Positions 1 through 10,766 are shown, counted from the first letter of the stretch. The stretch: DNA of 32,000 nt from Trichodesmium erythraeum IMS101 (GCF_000014265.1 NC_008312.1:5850001-5882000), one strand, 5' to 3'. Made by a program: numbers and translations. Notes: a model not told the origin generated them from the sequence alone.

Positions 1-160
1 AGACGAATACAATCTTTAAACAAACTTCTAGATCCGATTGATATTAACTTTAGTATTTTGTGATATAAATATCTCGCACCCATAATATCTTGAGGTAGCA
101 ACACAGGAATAAATATATTCGCAGATAGTCAAATTTTTCATTCCAAGAGATTTTAAAGAT

Positions 161-1720
161 ATGAATCAAAATAGTGAGTCTGTTAAAAAGGACAGAATAG
201 CAACTGTAGGAGTTGAAAAAATTAAGACCATGATTGAGGGTTTTGACGACATAAGTCATGGAGGTATGCCAGTTGGCAGAACAACATTAGTAAGTGGTAC
301 ATCTGGAACTGGTAAAACATTGTTTGCTATTCAATTTCTTTATAATGGAATTACTTATTTTGATGAACCAGGAGTATTCGTAACTTTTGAAGAATCTCCC
401 CAAGATATCATTAAAAATGCTTATAGTTTTGGTTGGAATTTACAGCAATTAGTTGATCATGGGAAATTATTTATATTGGATGCTTCCCCAGATCCAGAGG
501 GACAAGATATAGTTGGCAATTTTGACTTATCTGCCTTAATAGAAAGAATTCAATATGCTATTCTTAAATACAAAGCTAGAAGAGTTTCTATAGATTCAGT
601 AACTGCTGTATTTCAACAATATGATGCGGCTTCGGTAGTTAGAAGAGAAATATTTCGTTTAGTCGCACGACTCAAACAAGTTGGGGCAACAACTATTATG
701 ACTACAGAAAGAGTAGAAGAATATGGCCCTGTAGCTAGATTTGGAGTAGAAGAATTTGTCTCGGATAATGTTGTTATTGTGCGTAATGCTCTTGAAGGTG
801 AACGTAGACGTAGGACAATAGAAATACTAAAACTTCGGGGTACAACCCACATGAAGGGAGAATATCCATTTACCATTACCAATGATGGTGTAAATATATT
901 TCCACTTGGAGCCATGAGATTAACTCAACGTTCTTCTAATGTTAGGGTTTCCTCTGGGGATGAAATTCTTGATAAAATGTGTGGTGGGGGTTTCTTTAAA
1001 GATTCAATTATATTAGCAACTGGAGCTACAGGTACAGGTAAAACCCTTTTAGTAAGTAAATTTATTGAAGATGGTTGTATGAATAATGAACCTGCTATGC
1101 TTTTTGCTTATGAAGAGTCCCGGGCTCAATTATTTCGTAATGCTTTTTCTTGGGGCATAGATTTTGAAGAACTAGAAAAAAAAGGATTATTAAGAATTCT
1201 GTGTAGCTACCCAGAATCAGCAGGTTTAGAAGATCACCTACAAATTATTAAATCAGAAATTGCCGAATTTAAACCATCAAGAATAGCTATTGACTCTTTA
1301 TCTGCTTTGGCAAGAGGGGTAAGTAATAATGCCTTTAGACAATTTGTAATTGGAGTCACTGGTTTCGCTAAACAAGAAGAAATAACAGGCTTTTTTACTA
1401 ACACCACAGATCAGTTTATGGGATCTAATTCTATTACAGACTCCCATATTTCTACTATTACTGATACTATCCTGATGCTCCAGTATGTAGAGATTCGTGG
1501 TGAAATGTCCCGTGCTATCAATGTCTTCAAAATGCGTGGTTCATGGCATGATAAGGGAATTAGAGAATATACAATTACATCTCAGGGTCCTGATATAAGA
1601 GACTCTTTCCGCAGCTATGAAGGAATTATTAGCGGTTCTCCAACTCGAACTACTGTTAATGAGAAGAGTGAATTATCTAGAATTATTCAAGGAGTCCAAG
1701 AAAAGACAACAGATGACTAG
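161..1720 (+). CDS. kaiC: Circadian clock oscillator ATPase/autokinase KaiC (519 aa, duplicated RecA-like CI+CII halves)
   Basis: Two Walker A loops are present (GTSGTGKT at aa 46-53, GATGTGKT in the second half). KaiC-typical stretches include EESPQDIIKN and TERVEEYGPVARFGVEEFVSDNVV. The CII phosphosite context DSHISTITDTI and the C-terminal VFKMRGSWHDKGIREY are also present. Recognised from recalled KaiC sequences. Confidence 0.97.
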   Translation: MNQNSESVKKDRIATVGVEKIKTMIEGFDDISHGGMPVGRTTLVSGTSGTGKTLFAIQFLYNGITYFDEPGVFVTFEESPQDIIKNAYSFGWNLQQLVDHGKLFILDASPDPEGQDIVGNFDLSALIERIQYAILKYKARRVSIDSVTAVFQQYDAASVVRREIFRLVARLKQVGATTIMTTERVEEYGPVARFGVEEFVSDNVVIVRNALEGERRRRTIEILKLRGTTHMKGEYPFTITNDGVNIFPLGAMRLTQRSSNVRVSSGDEILDKMCGGGFFKDSIILATGATGTGKTLLVSKFIEDGCMNNEPAMLFAYEESRAQLFRNAFSWGIDFEELEKKGLLRILCSYPESAGLEDHLQIIKSEIAEFKPSRIAIDSLSALARGVSNNAFRQFVIGVTGFAKQEEITGFFTNTTDQFMGSNSITDSHISTITDTILMLQYVEIRGEMSRAINVFKMRGSWHDKGIREYTITSQGPDIRDSFRSYEGIISGSPTRTTVNEKSELSRIIQGVQEKTTDD

Positions 1721-2520
1721 ATGTTTGGTTGCAAAAATTAGTAATATGAAATATGATACTATTCTAAACTACCTTTGATTCAAAGCTTTTTGATCGGCTC
1801 AATAAATATATTAATTTATGGAATTATATACATTTGAGGAAAGTTTACCAAATAATTAGTTGGGCTTAAAGCATCACCCAAATTTTCAGTTATTTTTTAA
1901 ATACAATTAAGATTCTCGTTCCTAACTTCCAAATAATATCTAAGTATAATCGAATTAAACATCCCTGATATGCACATCTAAGTCAAGTTTCTCAGAGAGT
2001 AATTTTTCAATACTTATGGAGATTGTGTAAGAATAAATGACAAAAAAGATTACCCAGAGAAGTTTTAAAATGTTGGTAACAGTTTTAGATAAACCGTATA
2101 AAGCTAGTAGAAAAATAGCAAAAGAATTTCAATAAACTATAAGGAGCATATTTTATCAAAACTTACCTTAAAGGAATTAAAAACTTGCTTGAGTACAAAT
2201 ATCTCTAATTTCAGTTATTGTTTAATTTCCTTTTTTAAAGGACATCAAACAGTAAGAAAAGAAATAGAAAAAATTATGATATGGAATGATTCAGTAGTAC
2301 TAGTAATTAAAAACAAAGAAAATTGATGGAAAGGAAAAACAAGTCCATCTATATAATATATTTTATTTATTAAAAATAATCAAAATAATCATATCACTAG
2401 TATCATTTCGCACTTTGTTCATTCTTACAATCAATAATTACTTATTTAGCAAATCAGAACAATTATAAAGTAATACATCTACATATAAATAATATATAGA
2501 TTAGATAGATTAGATAATCA

Positions 2521-2592
<72 letters not shown>

Positions 2593-2603
2593 AACCTTTT
2601 ATT

Positions 2604-2631
2604 ACTATAACACATCTTATTAAATGTGCAA
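2604..2631 (-). promoter_or_regulatory. Candidate sigma70-type promoter for tRNA-Val
   Basis: On the minus strand the sequence reads TTGCAC, a 16-nt spacer, then TATAGT. The -10 element ends about 11 nt upstream of the mature tRNA 5' end. Confidence 0.4.
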
Positions 2632-2705
2632 GTAAAAAAATCACATTTTATCTGGTAAGTTTGATAAATATAAATTATATATTTTTGGCCTAGATTAAAT
2701 CTGTT

Positions 2706-3323
2706 ATGCCTAGTGGTCCTACCCATGACCGAATAACCTTGTGGAGTTTGCCCATTGTAATCATCTTAAGCTATGTGTTAGTTCGTAGTACCCACTTAAC
2801 GTTATTTGTTTCTGGAGGGTTTTTATTTAGTGGCCTAATGTTTGGCCCAGACCTTGATATTAATTCTCGGCAATTCCAACGTTGGGGTTGGTTTAGGTGG
2901 CTTTGGCGACCATACCAAACCAGTCTTAATCATCGCTCCTTTTTATCTCATGGACCAATAATTGGTACTGCATTACGGTTACTATACTTGTTAAACTGGT
3001 CAGCAGTTTTGGCTATGTTAGGTTTAATTGTAGATAAATTATTGGGCTTAGATTTAAGTGTTTTAGGGTTGGTTATAAGTTTGTGGCGATCGCTTTCCCA
3101 GCATTATCAAGAAGTAGTTGCCTTGTTAGTTGGTCTAGAACTTGGTGCCATGAGCCATTCTTTAAGTGACTGGAGTTGTTCTGCTTATAAACGCTTTAAA
3201 ACTAAAGGTTTATCTAGTTTACTCCCCAAAATAAAACTTAAAAAACGAGTGGTTAAGAACTCTCGCAGGTCTACCTGCTCAAAGGTTGGTTCTAATACTA
3301 GTCGTCATCGTACTAAAAAATAA
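2706..3323 (+). CDS. Integral membrane protein, DUF2227-like putative metal-binding protein (205 aa)
   Basis: The N-terminal MPSGPTHDRITLWSLP and the later SFLSHGP motif match my recollection of the cyanobacterial DUF2227 family. The product has several hydrophobic segments and a basic C-terminal tail. The functional label is tentative. Confidence 0.6.
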   Translation: MPSGPTHDRITLWSLPIVIILSYVLVRSTHLTLFVSGGFLFSGLMFGPDLDINSRQFQRWGWFRWLWRPYQTSLNHRSFLSHGPIIGTALRLLYLLNWSAVLAMLGLIVDKLLGLDLSVLGLVISLWRSLSQHYQEVVALLVGLELGAMSHSLSDWSCSAYKRFKTKGLSSLLPKIKLKKRVVKNSRRSTCSKVGSNTSRHRTKK

Positions 3324-4216
3324 AATATCAACACCTTATACATTGTTAATTCAGTAGATCTGAAAAATGACCTCAAGGTATGAATAAGCTCCTATAGAAC
3401 CTATTTTAGCTTTTCTTGCATAAGAATTTACGCTGACAGTTGATTGGTGTCAACTATTATTTTAGTATAAATCGTTGTATAAATAGTTTAAAATCGGCCA
3501 TTATCAGTTCTGAAGTTGGTTGATATAATAAATATTTCAAATTAAACTTATCTATGATAGTGTATTGTGGACAAATTTCGTTATTCTATGAAAAAATAGT
3601 ATTGTTGAATTATTTTACTGGTCTTTCCATGAATAAGAGTTTCGTAAGAACTACACACACACAGAGGAGCTTGTATGATCATTGAAAGTTCTTAGGGATC
3701 ATAATCTTATCATCATTCCCAAATTTTCTCAATGCACTACCAAAACTTTCATCAAACTTAACTGTAGAAAAAGATCGGCAAATTAATGAATTTATAATTC
3801 TGTGAAGTCTCAGATAAAATTGATATAAAGTGTGCAACTTAAGTAGATAGTTAGCGAATAATCTTGATCATCTAAATAATTATAAATTTGATATCTTCCC
3901 CGGCTATTAGGTGGGAGGAAATTCTACCGAGGGTAAACTTTCTCTATGGGTTGATTTTTTTTCTGATACAGCGACTTTTCTTGTGGCGAGAGGGAAACTT
4001 GACCCTAGTCAAACTCTTTGCCTGGTCTGTCTGTTTTTTGTCTGGTAACTGCCCGCCTGCGACCAATTAATTAATATTAATTTAAGTTAACATAATGTTC
4101 AAAAAAACAACTAAAAAGTTACTTAATGGGCGGGGAAAGCTTTAACCCCAATTTTTCGGTAAGTAACATCAAAAAAAAATCAAGTTATTAAGTAGATTTT
4201 AAAGATAACATCAATA

Positions 4217-5305
4217 ATGATAAATCAGTTGAATAGTTCTTTCACCCTCTTTCTCAGCTTATTAGTAGAAGCAATGCCATTTTTGCTGTTAGGGGTTATT
4301 TTTTCTGGAATATTACAGTGGTTCATTGACGAACGAAAATTAATTACATATCTGCCTAAAAATCCACTTTTAGGAGCATTTGTAGGGAGTTTAATTGGTT
4401 TTTTGTTCCCAGTGTGTGAATGTGGCAATGTTCCAGTTGCACGACGTTTATTGATACAAGGTATCCCCATCTCAGTGGCAATTGGATTTTTATTGGCAGC
4501 TCCAACAATTAATCCCATAGTTATCTGGGCAACTTGGACTGCCTTTAGAGACCAACCAGAAATTGTGGTGTTGCGAGTATTATTTTCTCTAACTATCGCA
4601 ACAATTGTTGGTTGGGTATTTAGTTTTCAGAAGGATATACGACCAATTTTACAGCCTACAACTGCTCGTTTATTGCCTAGAGCGAAACCTTTAGTTTCTC
4701 AAAAGTTGGATGCTTCTCCCCTTCTACAGTCAGGAACATTTTTTTTAGGTCGATCTAGTACATCTTTACCCCTAGAGTCTATGGGGCTTTTGCAAGGATC
4801 AATGACGACACCTGTTGAGAGTCAGTTTATAGGAGTTAGTGATCAAATAACTATTAATAAAAATATAAATTTGAAATCTCTTTTCCTTGCCCCTAATAGA
4901 CAAAGACTTTTATCTTTGTTAGATAGTATAGTGCAGGAATTACGAGAGTTGGGAGGAGTATTAGTAGTTGGGAGTGCGATCGCTGCCATCATTCAAGTTG
5001 CTGCTCCTAGAGAGTTAATTCTTAATCTTGGTCAAGGCTCAATTAGTTCAATTATTGCTATGCTAACTTTGGCAGCAGTAGTTTCCATTTGTTCTACTGT
5101 AGATGCTTTTTTTGCTTTGTCATTTGCTGCAACTTTTACTAGTGGTTCGTTGTTAGCTTTTCTGGTTTTTGGACCGATGATTGATATTAAAGCTGTTGGT
5201 TTGTTATTATCATTTTTTCGCTCGCGAGCTGTAGTTTATTTGATAATATTGGCAGCACAGTTAACATTTATTATGGCTGTGGGAGTCAACTTATACTTGA
5301 GTTAA
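4217..5305 (+). CDS. Permease of the COG0701/DUF318 family (362 aa), large subunit of a two-component membrane permease
   Basis: The product is polytopic and hydrophobic. It carries the family-typical FPVCECGNVPVARRL motif and AAPTINPIV. A TIGR03943-type partner gene follows 34 nt downstream. Confidence 0.85.
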   Translation: MINQLNSSFTLFLSLLVEAMPFLLLGVIFSGILQWFIDERKLITYLPKNPLLGAFVGSLIGFLFPVCECGNVPVARRLLIQGIPISVAIGFLLAAPTINPIVIWATWTAFRDQPEIVVLRVLFSLTIATIVGWVFSFQKDIRPILQPTTARLLPRAKPLVSQKLDASPLLQSGTFFLGRSSTSLPLESMGLLQGSMTTPVESQFIGVSDQITINKNINLKSLFLAPNRQRLLSLLDSIVQELRELGGVLVVGSAIAAIIQVAAPRELILNLGQGSISSIIAMLTLAAVVSICSTVDAFFALSFAATFTSGSLLAFLVFGPMIDIKAVGLLLSFFRSRAVVYLIILAAQLTFIMAVGVNLYLS

Positions 5306-5339
5306 ATTAGCTTTTTGTTGATCGAAATAAGTTTTTTAT

Positions 5340-6146
5340 ATGAAAGTAGCAAAATCATTATTTTATATACTCAAAAAATATGAATCTTGGTTGGATGCTG
5401 GAGCAATTTTTACTTGGGGCTTTTTATTAATAAATTATTGGTTGACAGGAAAGTTATATATATTGATTCATCCCCGTTATTTTGGTTTAACTATTGCTGC
5501 TGGCATTGGGTTATTAATATTAGGTGGATGGAAATTATTGCAGTTATGGAATATCAATAAAAACCACCAAATATCTAGGCAATCAAAAGAAAAAGTTAGT
5601 CTAATTAAAAATGAACATATTAACTTTTTTGCTCCTGGTTGGAGTAGTTTTTTACTGTTAGTATCTGCTCTACTAGCTTTAACAATTACCCCTCAAGTCT
5701 TTGGGAGTCAAACTGCTTTGCAAAGAGGGTTAACAGAATCTTTGCCAGTAACTAGAACTCAACCTCAAAAATTTCGTAGTACGATTAAACCAGAAGAGCG
5801 ATCTCTAATTGAATGGATTAGGACTTTAAATGTTTATCCAGAACCAGATGCTTATAATGGTCAAAAAGTTGAAGTAAGTGGTTTTGTAATTTATCCTAGG
5901 GGATTATCTGAGCAATATATGTGGATATCTAGATTTATTCTAACTTGCTGTGCTGCTGATGCTTATCCAGTGGGATTACCAGTTAAATTACCAGCAAGCA
6001 AAAGTCGGAGTGAATATCCTCAAGATGGTTGGTTTAAAGTAGAAGGAATAATGATTACTGATGAGTTTAACGGTAAACGTAAATTAACAATTTTGCCAAC
6101 AGAAATAGAATCAATTCCTAAGCCTAAAAATCCTTATGATTATTAG
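5340..6146 (+). CDS. TIGR03943/DUF1980 family protein (268 aa), small subunit partner of the COG0701 permease
   Basis: The N-terminal part has transmembrane segments. The C-terminal domain carries the characteristic LTCCAADAYPVGLPV motif. The gene is tightly linked to the upstream permease. Confidence 0.8.
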   Translation: MKVAKSLFYILKKYESWLDAGAIFTWGFLLINYWLTGKLYILIHPRYFGLTIAAGIGLLILGGWKLLQLWNINKNHQISRQSKEKVSLIKNEHINFFAPGWSSFLLLVSALLALTITPQVFGSQTALQRGLTESLPVTRTQPQKFRSTIKPEERSLIEWIRTLNVYPEPDAYNGQKVEVSGFVIYPRGLSEQYMWISRFILTCCAADAYPVGLPVKLPASKSRSEYPQDGWFKVEGIMITDEFNGKRKLTILPTEIESIPKPKNPYDY

Positions 6147-6286
6147 ATAAAATAGAATGATAAACTTCATAAGTATGAAAAGTAAATAAATTTTTTTTTC
6201 CTTAAATAAAGATTTTCAGATTGTACAATTGAGGATAAAATTTTAGAAGTTGCCCATACCTACTATAGTCTATAATTTTTATCAAT

Positions 6287-7933
6287 ATGCTCAAAAATAT
6301 AAACCAAAAACTAATAATTTTTATTGGGTTTCTTCTATTATCATTCTTTCTCAGATTTTGGACTTTATTTGTATCTGTGTTAGACAAAGATGAAAGTATT
6401 TATATATTAGGAGCAGATAGTTTATTAAATGGTAATCTCCCCTATACAGAAATTTGGGATAATAAACCTCCTGGTATTTTTATATTGTTTTCCCTAGCAA
6501 TGCTAATTTTTGATAGGTCTATAGTATCAATCAGAATTATATCTATTCTGGCTACAACTTTTACCAGCTATTTTTTATATAGAATTGGGGCAACGATTGA
6601 TCAAAAGCAAGGAGAAAAGATAGGATTATTAGCAGGTGTTTTATATGCTATTTTTTCTTTACATAATGATGGTGCTGCTGCCAATGCAGAAATTTTCTTT
6701 GCTCCTTTTGTTACAGTAGGATTTTTATTGTTATTTCGGAATAGACAATTATCAAATATTAAAGTATTTATGATAGGTCTAATTTTTGGGATAGGGATGC
6801 AAATTAAATATTTGGTGATTATGGATACCTTGGCATTGGTTTTATTAGGGACTTGGTTTAGGAAAGAAAGAAAAATAAAAGAAAAGGAAAAAGAAGGGCT
6901 TATAAAAAAATTGAATTCCACATTAAAGTTTTATCTAATTTTCGGTATAGGCTTAATTTTACCTGCAATTTTTATTGCATTTATTTATCAATTTTATGGG
7001 TATTTTGATGAATATATCTATGCAACTATAAGTGCTAATAGTAAGTATGTAGCGATGTTAGATTTTTCTTTTTCAGACCTTTTAAGTAGACTCAGAAAAC
7101 AGGTATTAGGAAATATTTTGTTATGGTTATGTTTGTTCTGGAGTCCGATTTATTTTTTTGTATTTGCTAGGGGTAAGTTTAAACAAGAGCGCAATTTAAT
7201 CTATTTATTTTTGTGGTTTAGCTGTGCTTTTTTGGCAGTTTTGTTATCTAAGCGATTTTATAATCATTACTTTTTACAATTATTACCTCCATTATGTTTA
7301 ATTAGTGGATATATCATTATTAAATCTGTTTTTTTACCTCAAAATCTGGTAAATGAACATCATTATGGAGAAGCAATAAAAATGAAAAAAAATAGTACTC
7401 AAGCTCAAATAAATGCTTTGATTAATTACCAATTAAATGTAATTATCCGCCCTTATTTAGCTAATATATTTTTGTTCTTTATTTTGATATATCCTTTTGC
7501 TCAAGCTGGTTACAATAAGTTAAGTAAGAATTGGGAATTTATCTATTATCGATACATTCAAAAAATAGATACGTGGGATGACAGAGAAGCTTTGATTGCT
7601 AAATATTTGAGACAAAGAATAAAATCAAATGATTATATATATGTAGTTAATTATGAACCCATAATTTATTATTTAGTGCCCACAAAAGTTCCGACAAAAT
7701 ATGCTTTTCCTAGTCATTTAACAGCTATGCATCAGATTTTGCCTACTAATTATCTACAAGAATTAGATAACATTATGGCGAAAAATCCTAGTTATATTTT
7801 ACTTGCGGAAAAAGATAATATTAGCCCTGAATATAGAAATGCTCTCAATCAATATTTAGAGGCAAGTTTTTTTCTGGAAACTACAATTAAAAATGTAAAA
7901 TTATATCGGATAAATGTAAGTAGCAGTGATTAA
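6287..7933 (+). CDS. Membrane glycosyltransferase, GT39/ArnT (PMT_2)-like (548 aa)
   Basis: About 10 hydrophobic segments are present. The first loop has an Asp/Glu motif (DKDESIYILGADSLLNGNLPY...WDNKPPG) typical of lipid-linked-sugar-dependent GT-C enzymes. The C-terminal domain is soluble. Confidence 0.75.
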   Translation: MLKNINQKLIIFIGFLLLSFFLRFWTLFVSVLDKDESIYILGADSLLNGNLPYTEIWDNKPPGIFILFSLAMLIFDRSIVSIRIISILATTFTSYFLYRIGATIDQKQGEKIGLLAGVLYAIFSLHNDGAAANAEIFFAPFVTVGFLLLFRNRQLSNIKVFMIGLIFGIGMQIKYLVIMDTLALVLLGTWFRKERKIKEKEKEGLIKKLNSTLKFYLIFGIGLILPAIFIAFIYQFYGYFDEYIYATISANSKYVAMLDFSFSDLLSRLRKQVLGNILLWLCLFWSPIYFFVFARGKFKQERNLIYLFLWFSCAFLAVLLSKRFYNHYFLQLLPPLCLISGYIIIKSVFLPQNLVNEHHYGEAIKMKKNSTQAQINALINYQLNVIIRPYLANIFLFFILIYPFAQAGYNKLSKNWEFIYYRYIQKIDTWDDREALIAKYLRQRIKSNDYIYVVNYEPIIYYLVPTKVPTKYAFPSHLTAMHQILPTNYLQELDNIMAKNPSYILLAEKDNISPEYRNALNQYLEASFFLETTIKNVKLYRINVSSSD

Positions 7934-8753
7934 ATAATAGGGAGTATAGTAATAGAAAATAATGGTATTCTCTAAGTACAAAAATCAAGTTAATGTAGCA
8001 ATATTTTTGCAAATGCAACAATCTTAATTGTCAGATTACAGAAGAGTTGGAATAATATACCCCAATTTATAATTTATATTAATAGATAGCAATCTATTAT
8101 GATATTAGAGAAAGTATCATCTGTCGTCAAATTAGGTACTCTAAATAGTAGAATTGTATTTTTCCATAAAACCTCATTTCTATTCAAAATTATTTAGAAT
8201 TAGTCTAGAAATCTGCCTATGGATTGTAATATTTTATCTAAAGTTTTTTGACAAATCATTAACATTGCTATAGTTCTATAATTGCTAAACTTATACGGTT
8301 TTGAAAAAACTTTTATAAACGGGCTACACGGGTTATTTAGCAGGAGTAAGAATTTTGTATTTAATATCCGTACAATACCACCTAAAATTAAGATTAACTT
8401 AGCTGGCTTTGAGAAAAAAAGTTATCCCCTTTGTGTGAAGTAAATAGAAATGAAAAAGCTTAATTATCTTAAGATTTATATAGTAACTCAAAGATATTCC
8501 AAATAGTTGATTTAAGAGTTTATTGGCATTTTATTACACAGGGCAAATACACCAACTTACTCAATTACATAATAACTGAAGTGCTACCTAGATATAGAAT
8601 TAGTGGATGACAATTAATATTATAAGAAAAGAAAGAGGTAAAGCGATCGCTTCAAGCAAATAATAAGAAAAGTTGATTTTTTTGTATTTTCACTAAAAAT
8701 TATGGTAAATAAAAAAACCTAATTGGCTATTACTATTAAAAAAATCATTTCTT

Positions 8754-10268
8754 ATGACCACAAACACAGAAAAATATATTCTTGCTCTTGACCTCGGTAC
8801 CACTGGTAACCGAGCAATATTATTCAATTCTCAAGGTGCTAGTGTCGCTCAAGCATATAAAGAACTCTCCCAATATTATCCACACCCAGGCTGGTTAGAG
8901 CATAATGCCGAAGAAATATGGGAAGACACTTATGCAATGATCAAGGATGTTTTCCGAGATACTGGTGTTTCCAGCTCTAATGTGGAAGCGATCGGTTTAA
9001 CAGTACAACGAGAAACCTGTCTCCTCTGGGATAAAACTACAGGCAAACCCCTTCACAAAGCCATTGTTTGGCAAGACCGTCGCACCGCATCTTTATGTCA
9101 AGAGTTAGCAGCAAAAGGTGAAGCAGAAAAAATCAAAACGCGCACCGGATTAGTTTTAGATGCTTACTTTTCAGCTACTAAACTATCATGGTTGCTAGAC
9201 TGGGTCAAGGAAGAAAAACCTAATCTTGACCTCAAAAATGTTTTAGCAGGTACCATTGATACTTGGGTTTTGTGGAAACTAACTGGTGGAAAAGTTCATG
9301 CTACTGACCACAGTAACGCCAGTCGTACAATGTTAATGAATATCGAATCTCTAAATTGGGACCAGGAATTATTAGACCTGTTTCAAATTCCTAGAGAAAT
9401 GATGCCACAAATTCAACCTAGTTTCAGTATATTTGGCAAGAGTGAACCAGATTTATTAGGTGGATCAATTCCCATTGCTGCAGTCTTAGGAGACCAACAA
9501 GCTGCTTTATTTGCTCATGGTTGCAATTTCCCAGGAATGTCAAAATGCACCTATGGTACAGGTAGCTTCTTAATTGCAAATACTGGAAATCATGTCACCA
9601 AATCGCAAAATCAATTATTATCAACTATAGCTTGGACTCAGTTAGTCAAAGGGAAACTGCAAGCAACTTATGCTTTAGAAGGAGCAATGTTTACTACGGG
9701 AGCTTGTATTCAGTGGTTGCGCGACGGGATAAAATTAATTGACTCTGTGGCAGAAACAGAAAATTTAGCTTTACAAGTGGAAGACACTAATGGTGTTTAT
9801 TTTGTACCTGCTTTAAGTGGTCTTGGCGCGCCCCACTGGGATATGGATGCTCGTGGTGCAATTTTGGGAATTACTGGGGGAGTGCAGCGAGAAAATATTA
9901 TCAGAGCAGTTTTGGAGTCAATTGCTTTTCAAGTAAAAGAGGTTGTGGATGCAGTGAATAAGGATAGCGGAATTCCTATGAGTCATTTGAAAGTTGATGG
10001 TGGAGTTTCGCAGAATAATTTTTTAATGCAATATCAGGCGAATTTGTTGGGTATTCCAGTTGAACGCCCTGCTTTTATTGATGCGACTGCTCAAGGCGCT
10101 GCTTTTGCTGCTGGTCTCACAATAGGTTTATGGAATAATTATCAGAAATTGCTGAGTAATAATAAAGTAGGACAGGTGTTTGAACCTAATAAAAATGCGA
10201 CCAAAGTACAAGAAAGTTTTGTGGTTTGGCAAAAAGCAGTTAGTAGAGCCAAAAATTGGATTAATTAA
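8754..10268 (+). CDS. glpK: Glycerol kinase (504 aa)
   Basis: The FGGY kinase signature is present: YILALDLGTTGNRAILF, WQDRRTA, GDQQAALFAHGC and the C-terminal LKVDGGVSQNNFLMQYQANLLG. Confidence 0.97.
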   Translation: MTTNTEKYILALDLGTTGNRAILFNSQGASVAQAYKELSQYYPHPGWLEHNAEEIWEDTYAMIKDVFRDTGVSSSNVEAIGLTVQRETCLLWDKTTGKPLHKAIVWQDRRTASLCQELAAKGEAEKIKTRTGLVLDAYFSATKLSWLLDWVKEEKPNLDLKNVLAGTIDTWVLWKLTGGKVHATDHSNASRTMLMNIESLNWDQELLDLFQIPREMMPQIQPSFSIFGKSEPDLLGGSIPIAAVLGDQQAALFAHGCNFPGMSKCTYGTGSFLIANTGNHVTKSQNQLLSTIAWTQLVKGKLQATYALEGAMFTTGACIQWLRDGIKLIDSVAETENLALQVEDTNGVYFVPALSGLGAPHWDMDARGAILGITGGVQRENIIRAVLESIAFQVKEVVDAVNKDSGIPMSHLKVDGGVSQNNFLMQYQANLLGIPVERPAFIDATAQGAAFAAGLTIGLWNNYQKLLSNNKVGQVFEPNKNATKVQESFVVWQKAVSRAKNWIN

Positions 10269-10635
10269 AGTCAGTTATCAGTATCAGTTTGCTTTGGAGT
10301 GTGATCAGAAATAGGGTTGACAGGAGGTAGGTGTTAGTATGGTGGGAGATTTATATGCAAATACGTTAAGACAATTTTTAAATGCTGGATCTATTTTGAT
10401 ATCACTGTTTCAAACTCGGAAAATTTTGGTTGCATCTATGTTTTTTATGGCAGCTCACCAATTTTCTATTTTATTTAAATTAGGTGAATAGGGAGGTCAA
10501 TAATATATAGAATATCTCTTTTTAATTAGTCATAATTATATGTCTTAAAAAATTAACCTCATATATAGCAGTGAAAGAAAAGGAGGCAGACATTTATAAA
10601 TTCTCAAACTTGGTCATATATTACTTTTGAATTTT

Positions 10636-10668
10636 AAATTTTGACTTTTAAATTTTGACTTTTGACTT
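10636..10668. repeat. Short tandem repeat, 14-nt unit aaattttgactttt x2 plus a partial copy
   Basis: Read directly from the sequence. It lies in the intergenic region between glpK and clpS. Confidence 0.8.
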
Positions 10669-10766
10669 GGTTCAGGACTGACCCATAACCACCATTATTT
10701 AGTAGGGGAGGAACAGTCTTAAAACCTATATATTGTGTATAAATATGGGTGGATAAGTTCTTTTTG

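Noticed and set aside
1-63. A possible 3' end of kaiB upstream of kaiC.
   Set aside because: Three frames close within the first 63 nt. None of the short C-terminal peptides (for example ...DEYNL or ...DINFSIL) can be matched to KaiB from so few residues. kaiB is expected upstream, but this window does not demonstrate it.
50-259. A 69-aa minus-strand ORF overlapping the kaiC start.
   Set aside because: It is antisense to the 5' end of a confidently identified gene, its sequence is low-complexity and AT-driven, and it has no RBS.
613-915. A 100-aa antisense ORF inside kaiC. Similar antisense ORFs lie at 4225-4518, 6601-6921 and 18239-18439 inside other genes.
   Set aside because: These are shadow ORFs opposite strongly supported coding regions, and none shows a recognisable motif.
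3652-3670. A (CA)5 microsatellite followed by GAGGAG. I briefly considered it as a Yfr1-like CUCCUCACAC motif on the opposite strand.
   Set aside because: The reverse complement reads CTCCTCTGTGTG, not the conserved ACUCCUCACAC, and no flanking stem-loops are present.
3888-4070. A 60-aa ORF in the permease leader. I also considered whether this GC-richer stretch is a cobalamin riboswitch.
   Set aside because: The ORF has no SD and an implausible composition. Neither strand shows the B12 box (AGYCMGGAGACCKGCC), GCCACTG or the ordered GGGAA/GGUG core elements. I kept it only as an unclassified possible leader.
6202-6387. A 61-aa minus-strand ORF overlapping the start of the GT39-like gene.
   Set aside because: It overlaps a better-supported gene in antisense and has no RBS or motifs.
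7934-7946. The identical 13-mer ATAATAGGGAGTA occurs directly after two unrelated stop codons (7934-7946 and 31330-31342).
   Set aside because: In 32 kb of AT-rich DNA, several chance 13-mer identities are expected by my rough estimate, and there is no extended similarity around either copy.
10339-10491. A 50-codon ORF (MVGDLYANTLRQFLNAGSILISLFQTRKILVASMFFMAAHQFSILFKLGE) with GGAGG about 10 nt upstream, lying between glpK and clpS.
   Set aside because: Coding is plausible on RBS grounds only, and no motif or recognisable family supports it. It could be a small membrane peptide, but I will not call it without conservation or expression data.
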